A stretch of 64,000 nucleotides of DNA from Lophium mytilinum (Eukaryota). The position numbers and the translations under genes are program-made. Location: contig MU004187.1 in assembly GCA_010093605.1 (NCBI GenBank), positions 1,974,882 through 2,038,881 on the forward strand, written 5' to 3'. The notes under the pieces are model-generated. The model worked only from the letters and a program-made list of their open reading frames with translations. It was not told the origin of the DNA and searched no databases. Of the stretch, positions 33,790 through 48,146 are shown one piece after another (the first letter of the stretch is position 1; every line of letters starts with the position of its first letter).

Positions 33790-34910
33790 ATGAAAGAAGC
33801 AATCGTTGCCCCGGACCAGACGGTCGAAATCATCGACTCACCAATCCCAACTCCACAGCCCAGCCAAGTCCTGATCAAAGTCATCTTCTCGGGAAGCAAC
33901 CCAAAAGACTGGTAAACCCCCATCTTACCAGAACATACTCTACCCTAGCCTCCTAACAACATCGCAGGAAATATGGCTCTGCTCACGGCAAAACCATCAA
34001 CCCGGGCGACGACATCGCAGGCATCGTCCATGCGATCGGAGCCAATGTCTACGAGGTCAAAGTCGGCGACCGCGTAGCCGCTTTCCATGAGATGTTCACT
34101 CCCGGTGCGAGCTTCGCCGAGTACGCGGTCGCGTGGCAGCATACTACTTTTCATTTACCGCAACATGTGAGCTTTGCGGAGGCCGCGACTTTGCCCCTCG
34201 CCGGTATGACCGCAGCGGTCGGCTTGTATCGCTATCTAGGGCTCCCTGAGCCTTGGTCGAGTGCTAAACCAAAGGACGATGAGAAGCGACCGATTCTCGT
34301 GTACGGAGCAGCGTCGGCGGTTGGTGCTTTTGCTATTCAGCTTGCAGCGCTGTCGGACCTGCATCCTATTATTGGCATTGCGGGTCGGGGTGTGGTTTTT
34401 GCGGAGGGACTGATTGATAAATCGAAAGGCGATGCTGTGATCGACTATCGAAGAGGCGACGAAGCCGTCGTCGCAGGCATTAAAGACGCTCTAAAGACCG
34501 CCGGGTGTGAAGACATCCCGCTACGATATTGCTTCGACGCCATTTCCGAGGCTGGTAGTCACGAGATCAACGCCGCGGTGCTAGACTCGGAACGGGGTAG
34601 CAGCAAAGCGACGCATGTTTTGCCCGTAGGGCGATTTGCGACCAAAGGCTTCACGTATCCCGAGGGAATTGAGTCTAGCCTAATGATGGTGGGTGATGTT
34701 CATGGCCCTGCGAAGGACTTTGGCTACATCTGGTTCCGCTACTTTTCGAGGCTTTTAGAAGACGGGAAATTGAAGACGCATCCGTATGAAGAGAAGCCAG
34801 GCGGACTAGGAGGTATTGCGGCGGCTTTGAGTGACTTGAAGGAAGGAAAGGCTAGCGCTGTGAAGTATGTATTTGATATTGGGAAAACGGAGGGAGTTGA
34901 AAGGACTTGA
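33790..34910 (+). CDS. Medium-chain dehydrogenase/reductase, trans-enoyl-reductase-like (quinone oxidoreductase) family
   Basis: MKEAIV...VLIKVIFSGSNPKDW; intron 33912-33967; GDDIAGIV..IG..V..VKVGDRV, SFAEYA, EAATLPL, ILVYGAASAVG, GKASAVKYVF. Confidence 0.9.
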
Positions 34911-35806
34911 GAGGAATGAGAATCTGGGCTAGACAGTATAAGGTTTGAGGGTTCAAGACATGAGCATCAATGATGGAATACCCTGCCAAGTCGTGATCTG
35001 GGTTACTCCTTTTGGTGCCTCGATACACTTTTAAAATAATTGAAACTGGTCAATCATGGCCATCTAAAAGCTCGCCGGGTGACCTCAGGCGGCCTTATCT
35101 GCGTTCGTTAGTGGAATATCCAGCCGGTGCTTTCAGAGGACGGAATAATTGATACTCAATCGCAACGCTTGGTCCTTGTAGTGCCAAATTCATAGGAGTC
35201 TGCCGAGTGGTGTACGCTTTTCGACGCCAGCTGAGGTGACTTCATCGAAGTACAGGAACCGGGACGGAAGGTGAAGCAGTTCACCCTTTCGCGGCTAGTG
35301 AGAGAGTAGCGAGGATCTTCAAGGTTCCCGCTATAACGGCACGTGATGAAAGCCGCTCGGGCCATCCACTTAGAAAGCGAGCCAATGAGATAGTTTTTAC
35401 GTGACTAGCCACTAAGCCTATATAGACCTAGTTGAAATCTTTCGGCGGTCGCAATGCCCCAACCCAAACTTAGATCCGCGCGACAGGACCGCGAACCTCT
35501 AACAAACGAAGTGGAGGAGCTCCCGCGCTCCACAATACAAACTATTTTCCTTTCCTGTACCACCTTTTTAATATCTGGGACCCTCTGTTCCCGCGGCTTT
35601 CCTTTTCTATCCAGAGCCCCACCCCAAGCGCGTCAAGACTCCCTCTTTCGTCTACCGCAGGCATCCCAAGGCTCTATACCAATGCCCTCCTCTTCCGACA
35701 AAACCAGCGCACAACTACGGGAACAAATAATCGCCCTCACATCTGGTAGCGACGGCGGCCTCTCCAGCTCCTACTCGAGCAGGTGGTCGTCGTTGAAAGT
35801 CTAGAG

Positions 35807-38800
35807 ATGGCGACAGAGAGGAACTTTGAGGCTACGGCCGCGAAGCTTGACGACCCAGGCACGGGTATGTTTGCGATACTCTGCTTCCAGAGCCTCTACA
35901 CTTATATGAGGCTTCTTGAAGACTTTAGCAGTTCGCTTTGCTAATGAGTCATCGCGTTAGATCTAAAGATCAAGGGAAACATCGCTGTGGAGGTGCGGGA
36001 TACCATCGACACGAACTGCCAGGGCGCGCAATATGCCTCATTCTTGCAACATTTTGTGCCGGTGTTCTTGAAAATATTAGATGGCGCTCCTGCTTTCATC
36101 AGCAATTCGCCAGAACAGGTGACGAAATATGGTCCCGCAGCTCTGAATATTTGACTAATATATTTGCTTCCACAGCGTCTTCGAAACTGTGTTCTCGAGA
36201 TCCTTCACCGGCTACCTATGACGCCAGTCGAGACAGTTGAGCCACATGCGCAGGCGATAGTGGACAAGCTTATGGGCTTAGTGAAGATCGAAAATGAGGA
36301 TAATGCAGTGTTGTGCATCAAGACGATCATGGATTTCCAGCGGCATCAGACCAAAGCGCTCGCGGATCGAGTCCAGCCGTTCCTAGACCTGATTCAGGAG
36401 ATGTTCGAGACGATGGAACAGGTCGTTCAGGATACCTTCGATAATCCAGCACCGGCTGCGGCTCCGGGGGTACCATCAACGCCAAACAATCCCCAGTACT
36501 CACAGTCCCCACGACCCGGATCTCCTGCAACCGCATTGAATACTGGGCCCGCTGGAGATATGGGATCGGAACAACAGCAAGCGCGAATGCTTCTGAAAGG
36601 CATGCAGTCTTTCAAAGTGCTTGCCGAGTGTCCCATTATTGTGGTCTCACTCTTCCAGGCCTACAGGACTTGCGTGCACAGGAACGTCAAATTGTTCGTG
36701 CCCCTCATCAAGAATGTCCTCATGCTCCAGGCCAAACCGCAAGAGAAGGCGCATGCCGAGGCAAAGGCCGCAGGGAGGGTTTTCACAGGCGTGAGCAAAG
36801 AGATCCGTAATCGTGCTGCGTTCGGAGACTTCATCACAGCGCAAGTTAAGACGATGAGCTTTCTGGCATATTTGCTCAGGGTGTACTCGCAACAGCTGAC
36901 AGATTTCGTTCCAACACTGCCGGACATCGTTGTGCGGTTGCTGAAAGACTGCCCAAGGGAGAAATCTGGGTCCCGGAAGGAACTCCTTGTAGCAATCCGG
37001 CACATTATCAACTTCAACTTCCGTAAGGTCTTTTTAAAGAAGATTGACGAGCTCCTCGACGAAAGAACTCTAATTGGTGATGGTTTGACGGTGTATGAAA
37101 CTATGCGACCCTTAGCTTACAGCATGCTGGCTGATCTCATACACCATCTCCGGGATCAACTGTCACGAGAACAAATCCGTCGCACGGTGGAGGTGTACAC
37201 CAAAAACCTACACGACACATTCCCGGGGACGAGCTTCCAGACGATGAGTGCGAAGCTACTCCTGAACATGGCCGAATGCATTGCGAAGCTAGAACCTAAG
37301 GAGGATGCACGCTACTTCTTGATTATGATTTTGAACGCAATAGGGGACAAATTTGCTGCCATGAACCGCCAGTACAAAAACGCTGTGAAGCTATCTGCGC
37401 AGTATTCCCAGCCATCTATCGATGCCGTTCCGGAGAACCACATGCCTGAGAAGGAGCATCCGCCAGACTGGGACGACATCGACATTTTCAATGCTACACC
37501 CATCAAAACGTCGAACCCACGAGATCGGAGCTCAGATCCCATAGCTGACAACAAATTCTTGTTCAAGAACCTGCTTCACGGACTCAAGAACTTGTTCTAC
37601 CAGCTCAGAGCTTGCAATCCACCCCGCATCAAGGAAGAAATCGATGTGAGCAACGCACCGGCAAACTGGCACGAGGTTTCTTTTGGCTATAATGCAGAAG
37701 AGGTGGAAGTTCTGATCAAGCTCTTTCGAGAGGGAGCACAGGTCTTCCGCTACTATGGCACCGACAAGCCCAACCCAGACCAAAAGCTCTCTACCAACGA
37801 TCTCCTTGCAAACCAGCATATGATGTCGAGCGGCAAGGAGGAGAAGGAGTTGCTCGAAACGTTTGCGACTGTGTTCCATCATATCGACCCCGCCACTTTC
37901 CACGAGGTGTTTCAATCCGAGATTCCACATCTATACGACATGATGTTCGAGCATTCTGCGCTCCTGCACATCCCACAATTCCTCCTTGCAAGCGAAGCGA
38001 CCTCGCCAAGCTTTGCTGGCATGCTCCTGCAGTTCCTTATGGACAGAATAGAGGATGTCGGAATCGCAGATACCAACAAGTCGTCGATTCTGCTGCGCCT
38101 CTTCAAACTGTCCTTCATGGCCGTAACCCTCTTCTCTGCCCAGAATGAGCAAGTTCTCCTCCCACACGTCAGCAAAATAATCACCAAATCTATTCAGCTG
38201 TCTACAACAGCAGAGGAGCCTATGAATTACTTCCTGCTTCTGAGGTCCTTATTTCGAAGCATTGGAGGTGGCAGGTTCGAGCATCTGTACAAAGAGATTC
38301 TCCCATTGCTCGAGATGCTTTTGGAAGTCCTAAACAACCTGCTCATAGCCGCTCGCAAGCCATCAGAGAGAGACCTCTTTGTTGAGCTCTCCCTAACTGT
38401 GCCTGCCCGTCTGAGCAATCTCCTACCTCATCTGAGCTATCTCATGAGGCCTCTGGTCGTTGCTCTTCGTGCCGGTTCCGACCTCGTAGGCCAAGGACTT
38501 AGGACGCTGGAGCTTTGTGTGGACAATCTTACCGCGGACTATCTCGATCCGATCATGGCTCCAGTCATCGACGACCTTATGGCAGCTTTGTGGGAACATC
38601 TCAAACCCAATCCCTACAGCCATTTCCACGCCCACACCACCATGCGGATCCTTGGAAAGCTAGGTGGTAGGAATAGGAAGTTCCTTACCGGCCCACCAGA
38701 GCTTGTCTACAAAGCTTACTCCGACGACGAATCCAGCATCGATATTCGTCTGATAGGATCAACGAAGGACCGAGCATTTCCAGCTGCCACTGGCATTGAT

Positions 38801-41800
38801 GTCGCCATAGCCAAGCTCCAGGAAGTACCAAAGCTCCCCGCCGCCAGAAAGTCTGATGGGTTTCACAAACAACAAGCTTTCAGGCTCATCACCGCTCACA
38901 TAAAGCTTTTGATAGGTTTCGACAACCTTTCAGACGATTTCGCACAACTCGTACGGTTACAAGCAATCGATCTCTACTCCGGAAAATACGATGCCGGTAG
39001 TGATCTTATGGACATATCAGAGCGGGACAAGTCGATGGTCAAAAAGTCCGTGGAACACGAAACTCTCAAGAAGTTGATCAAAGCCTGCATATTCGCGGTG
39101 TCTATTCCTGAATTGAAGGCTGACGCAGAAATACTGGTTGCAAACATGGCGCGGCATTTCACACTTCTTGAGGTCGGACGAGCGCTTGCGCAATTGAAAC
39201 ATAAGGAGAAACCGTTCGATGTCAAGTCTGGAGAAGGGCCTGTCCACTTAGACAGCCGAATAATCGTGGAGGCTATCGGTGATGCACTCTCATCTGATCA
39301 TCCCGCGGTCCAAGAGGCTGCCCAAGCCGCAGTCATCGTGATTCGCGATGCCGCCAAAGTGATCTTCGGCTCTCAGGACAAGTTGGACAAATTCGCTCTC
39401 TTCACACACATGTCGAAAACATTCTGTCATAACTGCCATGCTGAGGAATGGTTCGTTAAAGCTGGTGGAACCCTGGGTATAGAGATTCTAACTAAAAAGC
39501 TTGACCTCGGCGACGGATGGATGATGGACCGCCAGCTCGACCTTGTGCGTGCCTTGACGTTCGTCATGAAGGACATGCCCGCAGATCTCACCGCGAAGAC
39601 CAGGATTCAGGCAGAGGAACTGCTCGAGGATCTCATTCGAAGGTGCAATTCCTCGGTCTCGAAGAAAGACATGGAGAACCATCAGAGCTCCTTGTTCAAG
39701 CTTTGCGGCCAGCTAGTTGTCGACCTATCACATATGAACAAGAATGTTCGGCTCGCAACGCAAAAGGCATTCAGCATTCTAGCCGAGGTGTCAGGCATGG
39801 GGATCCACGAACTCATCAATCCTGTCAAAGAAAGACTCGTAACTCCGATATGGACCAAGCCTCTTCGAGCGTTACCGTTCAGCATCCAGATTGCATACAT
39901 CGATGCCATTACATACTGCTTGAAACTGAAGCCGGGCGTCTTGGAATTCAACGATCAGTTGACACGGTTATTGATGGAATCACTGGCGCTTGCGGATGCG
40001 GAGGATGAAGGCTTGGCCACCAAGCCTCAGGAGCAACGCAATGCAGAGCACATAGTGAACCTCCGAGTTGCATGCATTCGTCTTCTCTCGAAAGCGCAGG
40101 CATTTCCTGAAGTATCACCTTCGCCGCCGAACCAGAGCTTCCTTCGAATCATTGCTGTCTTCTTCAAGGCCCTGTACTCCAAATCTCCGGAGGTAGTCGA
40201 AGCAGCGAATGCGGGTCTGCAAGGTATCCTCGCAGCAACAAATAAGTTACCGAAAGACGTTCTCCAAAGCGGGCTCCGACCAATCCTAGTCAATCTTCAG
40301 GATCCTCGCAAGCTCTCGGTCGAAGGATTGGATGGCCTGGCTCGGCTCTTAAAGTTGCTCACTAATTATTTCAAAGTTGAAATCGGAACTCGATTGCTTG
40401 ATCACCTGAAGACAATTGCTGACCCCCTTAGTCTGCAGAAAGTATCCTTCACTTTAGTCGAGCAGAACCCGAAGATGAAGGTCATAACCGCGATCTTCAA
40501 CGTGTTCCATCTTTTACCACCTGCCGCGGTCACGTTCCTGAAGCCTCTAGTGTCAAAGGTCATCGAGCTAGAGACGGCGCTCCGACGCACCCATTACAGC
40601 CCCTTCAGAGAACCTCTCATTCGTTACCTCAATCACTATCCGAAGGAGGCTTGGGAGCACTTCGCTCCAACTGTCAAAGATCTTGCTCAAGGACGTTTCT
40701 TCGCTCAACTTCTGGAGGACTCTGCAAGCGGGGTTCTACGAGACACCGTCATGAACGACGTCCAAGGCTTCCAAAGCTCCTTTGCGATTGATGGGTCTGA
40801 CACGGAGAAATGCCAAGCTGCGATCAATGCTATCCATATCGCCTTTGCCATGTCCAAACATCCTGCCACGAGCAAGTTGCTATGTACACAAGAGAGTCTA
40901 AGGAAGGCTCTCTTTGAAGCAGCAAAATTACTTGAGACAAAGCTCAGGCAGAACTCCATCGACGAAGAACTTCGCCTGGCAGGCGAGCAGGCGGGCGAAC
41001 AGATCATAGTCGTGTTTACGAATTACCTCAAGCACGAGCCCAACGACTTAGATTTCTTCTTCGAAGTAATAGATGCCGTCACTTCGGAGGAACTCAAAGC
41101 TTCCCCCCTTCTCTTCGACTATATTTATTGGGAGATGATTTCGAGCGAGTCGATCGATTACTGGAAATCTTTGGTCCTCCGATGTATCGATATCTACACC
41201 GCGCGTAATACCTCGCAGAAGACGAAAACTTTCGCATTCCGTAACATAGTAAACCCCATTTTTGCTATGGACGTCATGCGGAATTGGGATCGCTTATTTG
41301 GGGTCACGAAAGGTACCAAGCTGATGGATAAGGCTATGACAGAAACCATTCACGTTCGTCTCTGGAAACCACAATCGATGAGCGATACCTCCGAGGAGAC
41401 TGCGCAGCTGGGCGTTGATCATTCTCGAATGGAGCTTCTGCAGCTTACGACGCTCCTGATCAAATACCACGCACCACTCGTCCAGGAAACGCGCAAAGAT
41501 ATCATAAAATTTGCGTGGAATTACATCAAGCTCGAAGACATCATCAACAAGTATGCGGCATATGTTCTGATTGCCTTCTTCATAGTCATGTACGAGACAC
41601 CTCCAAAGATCGCCAACCAAGTCTACCAAGCATTGCTCAAGGCCCATCAAAACGAAGGCCGGTCCTTGGTCATGCAGGCCCTGGAGCTACTTGCGCCTGT
41701 GCTGAAGAAACGTATGGGTGTAATGGACCCAAAGATTCCAAGATGGGCAGCGATTCCCAAAAACATATTGGCACAAGAGAGCTCCAACTTGCAGCAACTC

Positions 41801-44800
41801 ATGAGCATCTTCAACTTCTTAGTTCGCCATCCAGATTTATTCTACGAGGCCCGGGAACCTCTCTCAGCACAGATAATCTCCTCCATCACGAAGATCGCCC
41901 AACCGCCAAATCCCTCAAACGAGGCTAAAAAGCTAGCACTCAACTTAATTAGTCTCATCCGATCATGGGAAGAAACGTCAGTGAATGAAGCTTCTGCTTC
42001 CCCAGGGAGACTGTCACAATCACCTCAGACGGCCAAACGGAGGGTTGATGGTTCCCTTGTACCTCCAGGATCTTTACCCAAAGGCTTCGTCGCAAACCCT
42101 GCGATCAGAATGCTGCTCATCAAATATCTCATCCAGTTCATTGCGTATCTGCCGGAGAGATATCCAGTTCCTACAGCGAAAATCAAAGAGGCCACAAGCA
42201 ATACGAATCCGTCACCTGCTCAAACAGCTGAGATCTGCAAGAAGGCGGTCCAGCTTCTGCACGATTTACTCTCGCCGCGACTTTGGGCAGATCTTGATTT
42301 GGATCTTATGCTCACGAAGAAGATTGAAGAAATCTTGTGCGCTGATCTGAAGCCCGACGAAAAGCAAGAGGCTTTCAATACAAGAATGATCAATACGCTC
42401 CAGATTCTCAAAGTTATTGCGAACGTCAAACCGGATGAGTGGGTACTGGAGCGTATGGCTCAATTCCAGAAGATTCTGGAGAAACCTATCAGAACCGAAA
42501 ATGCTGACATCCAGAGCTGTCTTCATGCGGCCGAGGAGCATGAAGATGGATCCCCGGCCCTCAAGCCATTATTAGCCAGGGTCCTCGAAGTCATGCCTGA
42601 GCCAGTCACAGATGAAGACGGCACAAGCGAGGAGACGCCATCGACGGAATTTGTAACATTCCTGGGTGCCGTAGCCACGGAAGCACTCTCGAACGGGTCC
42701 TACATATCTGCCGTCAACATTCTATGGACGCTCTGCCAGAAACGACCCGACGAGATTGATCAACATATCCCTCAAATCATGAAAGCCTTCCAGAGCAAAA
42801 TGGCCAAAGATCATCTTGCAGTCCACAGCAGCCTTCCTGGGCAGATTAGTGTGCGAGCTGATGGCGTCAAAGAAATTGTGCGGCCCGATGGCACGAAAGA
42901 ACCCATAGACATGCAGGAGGTAGAGATCCAAACAGGATTGATTCTGAAAGTGATCGACATCTTGGCCGCACGAATGAACGAACTTGGAGATAATAGGCGT
43001 CCATACCTTAGCGTCTTAGCTTCCTTAGTCGAACGGTCTCTCAACAATGCTGTTTGCATGAAGGTTCTTGATCTGGTGGAGAATTGGGTGTTCTACTCGA
43101 CAGAGCCGGTACCAACTCTGAAAGAGAAGACAGCCGTGCTAACCAAGATGCTGCTTTTTGAACACCGAACAGACACCTCTCTTCTGACTAGGTTCCTTGA
43201 CCTAGTCATCAGAATCTACGAAGATCCCAAGATCACTCGATCGGAGCTTACCGTGCGCATGGAGCACGCATTCCTGATTGGCACCCGTGCGCAAGATGTG
43301 GAGATGCGTAATCGATTCATGTACATCTTCGATAAGAGCTTGAGCCGTACCGCTAGCAGTCGCTTGAATTACGTCCTGGCGTCGCAGAACTGGGACACGT
43401 TGAACGACAGCTATTGGCTTAGTCAAGTCATTCATCTCATGTTCGGGTCAGTCGAGATGAACGGGCCTGCGCAATTGCATTCGGATGACTTCGTTGTAAT
43501 GCGAACGTCAACATTGTTCAGCACTTACGCGAAAGATCCGAGGATTTCTGATATCATCATTGACGATACACTGGAGACCTTCGTCAGCACCCATAGGCGA
43601 TTCTGCACCTCACTAGGCGATGTCAAGATTCGGGACGTTTTCGAACCTTTGGGCCATCTTCAACATACGGACAGCAACCTCGCACATGACATCTGGGTTG
43701 CCTTTTTCCCTCTGTGTTGGTCCGCTCTCGTCAAGGATGATCAAAACGAGCTGGAAAGAGGATTGGTCTCTTTGCTGACGAAGGATTTCCATACCCGCCA
43801 AATTGACAGACGGCCTAACTGCGTAGCTAGCATGCTCGAAGCCATCGTTCGGACTAGGCAAAGAATCAAGTTCCCCCCGCATATTATGAAGTATCTTGCC
43901 AAGACCTACAATGCCTGGTACACCACAGCCTGTTATATGGAGGAAAGTGCTATCAACCCCATCATCGACACTCCGGCTATCAGAGAAAGCAACCTGGATG
44001 CTCTTCTCGAAGTGTACGCGAACTTACAAGAAGACGACCTCTTCTACGGTACGTGGCGTAGACGATGCCAGTATGTCGAGACCAATGCTGCTTTGTCCTA
44101 TGAGCAAGCTGGAATATGGGATAAAGCTCAGCAAATGTACGAAGGTGCACAGATCAAGGCGCGTACAGGTACTCTTCCATTCTCCCAAGGCGAATATATG
44201 CTCTGGGAAGATCACTGGGTAGTATGCGCCCAGAAGCTGCAGCAATGGGAAGTCCTGAGTGATTTCGCCAAGCACGAAAACTTCAACGACTTGTACCTTG
44301 AGGCGACATGGAGGAACTTCGAGGCCTGGAGTAACACCGAAACACGAGAGCAGCTTGACTCGATAATTCGATCCGTCAATGACGCTCCCACGCCTCGGAG
44401 GATATTCTTCCAGGCTTTCATGTCGTTGCTCAAGATGCATCTGCAGCAGGAGACCCCGCAGGAATTCAGCCGAATTTGCGACGAGGCTATTCAACTATCA
44501 ATTCGAAAATGGCACCAACTACCAAAGCGGATGACAAATGCGCACATACCGATCTTGCAAAACTTCCAACAACTCGTTGAGCTCCATGATGCCAGCGTTA
44601 TATGCCAAAGCCTTGTCTCCACCACTCAAGCCAACCTGGACGTCAAATCGCAGGAGCTTAAATTGCTGCTTAGCACGTGGCGAGATCGTCTTCCAAACTT
44701 TTGGGATGATATCAATGCATGGCAGGACTTGGTTACCTGGCGGCAGCACATTTTCCATCTGATCAACCAGAAGTACCTCCACCTTATACCACAGACTCAA

Positions 44801-47464
44801 GGCAACGCCAGCGGCAATTCTTTCGCTTATAGAGGCTATCACGAAACGGCCTGGATTATTAACAGATTTGCTCACGTTGCTCGGAAGCACAACCTTCCCG
44901 AAGTCTGCATCGCCCAACTCAGTCGAATCTATACCCTGCCAAATATCGAGATTCAGGAAGCGTTCCTCAAGCTTCGAGAACAAGCCAAGTGCCATTATCA
45001 GAACAAATCCGAGCTTACCAGCGGCCTTGATGTCATAAACAACACCAACCTCAACTATTTCGGCGCGCAACAAAAGGCAGAGTTTTATACCCTGAAGGGC
45101 ATGTTCCTCGCGAAACTGGACAACAAGAACGAGGCCAATGACGCGTTTGGAAGTGCGCTCTACTTCGACATCAAATTACCCAAAGCTTGGGCTGAATGGG
45201 GCCGCTATAATGATATGCTCTTCAAGGAGGACCCTACCAATCTAGAGAAAGCCGCGGCTGCAATCAGCTGCTACCTGGAGGCCGCAAGTCAGTTCAAGAA
45301 CGCGAAGTCGAGAAAGCTGCTCGGGCGCATTTTGTGGCTTCTTAGCCTGGACAATGCTGAACACGTGTTGGCGAAGTCGTACGAGTCATTCAAGGCGGAC
45401 ACACCGGCTTGGTACTGGATCACTTACATACCTCAGCTGCTAGGCAGTCTGTCAAGACCGGAGGCGCCTATTGCCAGGCAGATCCTTGGAAAGCTCGCCA
45501 AGACGTACCCACAAGCTCTTTATTGCCACTTGAGAACTGTGCGCGAGGAGATGGTAACGGTCAAGAAAGTAGCGGAGGCCAAGGAAGCCAAAGAGAAGGC
45601 GGCTCGAGCCAAGCCAGGTGCAGCTCAAGGCTCACCACAAGTCAAGCAAGGATCCCCCGACGCTCGACCGGGCTCGGCTTCTAGCTCCAACAGACCAGGT
45701 ACTGCGAATGGAGATTCGAAGCCCGCCACTACGAACGGCTCCGCAACCGGGGCGAACGGAGCTTCATCCGAAGGAAACGAACAGACGACACCCAGTGGCA
45801 CCCCAGCCGTCCCGGCAATTGATAAGAAGAAACCATGGGATCATGTGGATGATATATCGGCCGCACTCAAGACAGCATTCCCTCTTCTAGCCCTTTCTAT
45901 GGAGACTATGCTTGACCAAATACAGAAGAATTTCAAGTGTCCCCAAGATGAGGATGCGTACAGGCTCATTGTTGCACTTCTGAACGATGGCCTCTCCTAC
46001 GTCGGCCGCCAGCCTGGCTATTATGCACAAGAAGTACGACTGCCACCTTCGACCGAGGCAAACATCTCGCGCTTCGCGGAATCGGTACTGCCGTCACATA
46101 TCCGCAAAGCATTTGAGACCGACTTTGTCACCATCAAACCCACGATGTATGAATACATACAGAAGCTACGGACCTGGCGCAACCGATTTGAAGAAAGATT
46201 GGACGGGCGGAACCAGCGTGCTACTCTTGAGTCCTACACTCATCAGTTGAGCGAGTTCAGTTTCTTGAAGTTCGACGATGTTGAAGTGCCTGGACAGTAT
46301 CTGGAGCACCGCGACAAGAACCAGGACTTTGTACGGATCGAACGTTTCCTGCCCGATGTGGATCTGGTCAGAGGTATAGGGTTCTGCCACCGCCGACTCA
46401 AGATACGAGGCCTTGACGGAAGCGTGCATCCATTCGCGATTCAATATCCAGCTGCCAGAAGCTCGAGGAGAGAAGAGCGAATCTTGCAACTGTTTAGGAT
46501 TTTCAACGGCATACTGTCAAAGAGAAAAGAAAGTCGTCGAAGGAACTTGCAGTTTCATTTGCCACTCGTTGTGCCTATCACGCCAAGCGTACGCATGGTC
46601 CAAGACGACGAATCTTATATCAATATGCAAGGCATATTCGAAGATTATTGCAGAAGGACAGGTGTCAATAAGGATGAGCCGGTGCTGTACAGCATCGAGA
46701 AACTCCGCAGTCTAGCACCTGTAGGTGTTCGTAACTCTAGCTCTCCACATCGTGAAAGACCTAACGATTCCCAGAAAAATATCGAGCAGGCCAATGCTAT
46801 CCGTCTCGAGACATTTGCTGCCGTACAAGAGAAGTACGTACCGCCGACGATCATTCTCGACTACTTCCGAGCTACATACCCGTCCTTCGCGGACTTCTGG
46901 CTTTTCCGGCGTACTTTCTCGTACCAGCTTGCGGCACTCACGTTCATAACATACATCATGCACATGAACACACGCTATCCACACAAATTGTTCATCTCAA
47001 GAGCAACTGGTCGCGTCTGGGGATCAGAACTTATTCCCGTCATGGCTGTATCCAAGCCTATCCTCAACAATCCTGAGCCTGTTCCATTCCGTCTCACCCC
47101 AAATCTTCAGACTCTTATGGGGCCGCTTGCTACAGAAGGCATCTTTGCGCCGGCAGTCATGGCCATCGCACGTTGCCTGATAGAGCCCGAAGGCGAGATG
47201 GACATGCTCCTCTCTATATTCATGCGCGATGAAATCACGCATTGGTTCACGACGCAGCACCGTGTGCTTCAAGACGGAAGCAGTCAGCTACGAGAAGCTG
47301 TTCAAGGGAACTCGGATGCCGTAGTGAAGCGCGCAGTCACTCTGGGTAGTTTGCCGACTGTGCAGAACTTGCCAGCCAACCAAACGATGGTAGATCTAGT
47401 CAGCGTGGCCGTCAATCCGGTCAAGCTCTCTCAAACGGATCCATTATGGATGGCTTATTTGTGA
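35807..47464 (+). CDS. TRA1: Transcription-associated protein Tra1/TRRAP (PIKK pseudokinase of SAGA/NuA4)
   Basis: About 3800 aa; SFKVLAECPIIVV, FITAQVKTMSFLAY, HEAT and FAT regions, RREERILQLFR, VPFRLTPN, FATC end TDPLWMAYL. Introns approx 35865-35960, 36119-36175, 46721-46774. Confidence 0.98.
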
Positions 47465-48146
47465 GCGAGCGTCGGGAGTCTCGTCATGACTTCTATTCTC
47501 TATTTTCTTTGCTTGTCTTTTTCTTTTCTGGTAGATCTATATTAGCGATGCTGCAAATGGCCCTTACTATTTGGGCAAGGAGTTTTTTGGTCATTTGGGG
47601 CAATTTGCCCTTGCCTATTTCGAAGCGTTCGGGCGGTGGTGGAGCGTGGGTCCGGGGTGGATTTCTCTCGGCATATGGCGTTGAGATAGGGGATAGGTTA
47701 TAAGGGCAGGCCGCCTATGTAAAGGTGGAGCCCGCTCTTTCTCAAAAGAGGATGTTTTCCATGAGTGTGCTGATATCAGATTGTGCGCTGTAACTCATAG
47801 ATAGTCTGTAAACCCAAAACTGTTGTCATATACTTGTGGTGTTGTGCTTCAACGCCTGTCCACTCATGTTGGACAGTGGGCATCTTCTGATGCTCGACTC
47901 TGTTAGAAAGGGGTCCACAAGTCATACGTTACTACTCCACATCGCTTAGTAAGGTGTGCCAACGTCTACGAAGTAGCCAACCTTTTCGGGTGTTTGTTCC
48001 CTAGCCTTGTCTGACTACAACGGCTATCGGCGTCAACCCCACTATTGGTCCAACCTAGATAAAAGAACGCTGATGCTGTGGCTTCAACCTCCCAACACAC
48101 TAAACATACCCAAACCAAACATACTCACAGCTACCACTCATCCAAA

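Noticed and set aside
35050..35400. Possible structured ncRNA upstream of TRA1 (GAACCGGGACGGAAGGTGAAGCAGTTC resembles SRP helix 8; GTGATGA C-box; TTTTT tract)
   Set aside because: Helix-8 geometry is imperfect, no fungal SRP 5' Alu motif is seen, and no D box follows the C box. An Infernal/Rfam scan would be needed.
46721..46774. Stop-free introns of 3n length (also 9563-9613, 12797-12847, 13559-13636, 53462-53527) that the ORF track reads through
   Set aside because: Five among roughly 45 short introns is about what chance would give; treated as ordinary introns.
46860..47110. Missing kinase catalytic motifs in the TRA1 PI3K-like domain
   Set aside because: Tra1/TRRAP is a known pseudokinase, so this is not a sign of pseudogenisation.
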